A stretch of DNA of 20,239 bases, from contig JBMGUZ010000050.1 of the NCBI GenBank assembly GCA_051530055.1, forward strand, positions 1 to 20,239. The letters are read 5' to 3'. The notes under the pieces were generated by a model. That model did no database searches. It was not told the DNA's origin and was given only the letters and a program-made list of their open reading frames with translations. Origin of the DNA: Neoechinorhynchus agilis. Its lineage: Eukaryota > Animalia > Acanthocephala. This document shows positions 19,244 through 20,239 of the stretch, piece by piece. The translations under genes were made by a program, and so were the position numbers. The number at the start of each line of letters is the position of its first letter. Positions within the stretch are counted from its first letter, which is position 1.

Positions 19244-19573
19244 TTATTTTAAATAGTTGAAAAGATCTTTTGCGACCTAGAATGAGCTGGAATTAAAAAT
19301 CAATAATCATTAAAATACATACGCAATGATCAACAGCCTCGACATAATCGACTAATTCCTCCATGCATGTCTCAGAAGTTCCTGGCTTTGATCGAACTCT
19401 ACTATTGCATTCATCGAGTTTTAATTTTAAAGACGAAATTTTCGATTGTTTTGAACATTTCTGCCTTAAACCAATTGCTGGGTCGATCTAACGTTTTGCT
19501 CTCATATAAAAAAATCGTTTTAAAAAACACTCACAATTTCAGATTCTTCAGCCACATCTTCTACTTCAGTCAT
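19244..19573 (-). CDS. UQCRH: Cytochrome b-c1 complex subunit 6 (hinge protein), 78 aa; exons 19573-19535, 19487-19323, 19276-19244
   Basis: MTEVEDVAEESEI/IDPAIGLRQKC...LDECNSRVRSKPGTSETCMEELVDYVEAVDHC/VAKDLFNYLK*, with an acidic N-terminus and four Cys. Phase-0 GT-AG introns of 47 and 46 nt. Missed by the ORF track. Confidence 0.95.
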
Positions 19574-19694
19574 TTTGAGTGTTTCTTGTCGTGATTGAAG
19601 CCGAATCATTTTTTAATGTAAAACAAAATGTTTTCTTTCGTGCGTTTTCAGTGATTTCTATTTGGTCAAGTTGTTGCTTTGGGTGGATAGTGTG

Positions 19695-19873
19695 ATTGTT
19701 TTTGTGACGTCTCTCACCCAGGCATTTGATCGAATGTTCGAGACTCGCCGGTCTCCTCTTCAGGTGTTGTCAACATCTAAAACACAAACAAGCGCTCGCT
19801 CAACATCAATTTACGTTTCGACTTGAAAATTCGATCAAATAAATAAATGTCTGAGCGACGTCACAAAAACAAT
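19695..19873. repeat. MITE-like inverted repeat upstream of UQCRH
   Basis: ATTGTTTTTGTGACGTCTCTCA (19695-19716) pairs with TGAGCGACGTCACAAAAACAAT (19852-19873), 21 of 22 bases. Inner arms are ATTTGATCGAAT (19724-19735) and ATTCGATCAAAT (19829-19840). Confidence 0.8.
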
Positions 19874-20239
19874 GATTTGTATCGTTTGATTAGGACATTT
19901 GGTCTCCGGTGGGTTCTTTATTTCCAATGTAGTGTATCGTTTTCTGATTGGCTTTTACCATTACCCAGTAATAATCTTTAATTTTTCAAATAGAAATTAG
20001 GCTTCTCGTTTTTTAATCTTATGGGAAAATGCAATTAACCTCAAAGTAATGTCTTGGATTAACGAATCTATCAACCACATCTACCACAATTTCCTGAAAC
20101 GTCTCAAAGGACAACTGGATCAAGTTACAAAAACGCGTAAAACATCGTGATAAAAATATATTCTGAAATGATGTTTTTTGTTAAAAAATGAGTCTTGATA
20201 AAAAATGCGAATTAAATTTCAAATGGGAAGTCTTTGAGT

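Noticed and set aside
19367-19594. 75-aa plus-strand ORF
   Set aside because: Antisense shadow of the spliced UQCRH gene.
19880-20150. Short open frames at the right end on both strands
   Set aside because: Several incompatible splice models are possible and no protein was recognised; flanking sequence is needed.

Overview
Eukaryotic, probably animal, nuclear DNA with an AT-rich host background and uniformly short GT-AG introns (43-51 nt); the species cannot be determined from sequence. Host genes: the 3' end of GALE (1-517), an intronless four-TM membrane protein (1702-2274, minus), PTRHD1 with a single in-frame TAA (7558-7902), a four-exon claudin/PMP22-like gene (11300-12219) and UQCRH (19244-19573, minus). 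About 60% of the window is decayed retroelement sequence: at least seven pieces of CRE-clade (RT plus restriction-like endonuclease) non-LTR elements from about three subfamilies, and CR1/L2-like, Ty3/gypsy and Penelope-like relics. Three 1.0-1.4 kb direct duplications at different offsets link these pieces. Most striking: (i) the near-full-length CRE copy at 3331-6746 carries the last intron and last exon of the claudin-like gene, and the match starts exactly at the GT donor; (ii) an inverted pair of Penelope-type hammerhead-like motifs with a compensatory stem II change; (iii) the PTRHD1 internal stop; (iv) several intergenic fold-back elements, one with a perfect 56-bp stem. All family calls are from motif recognition by eye; no database search was run.
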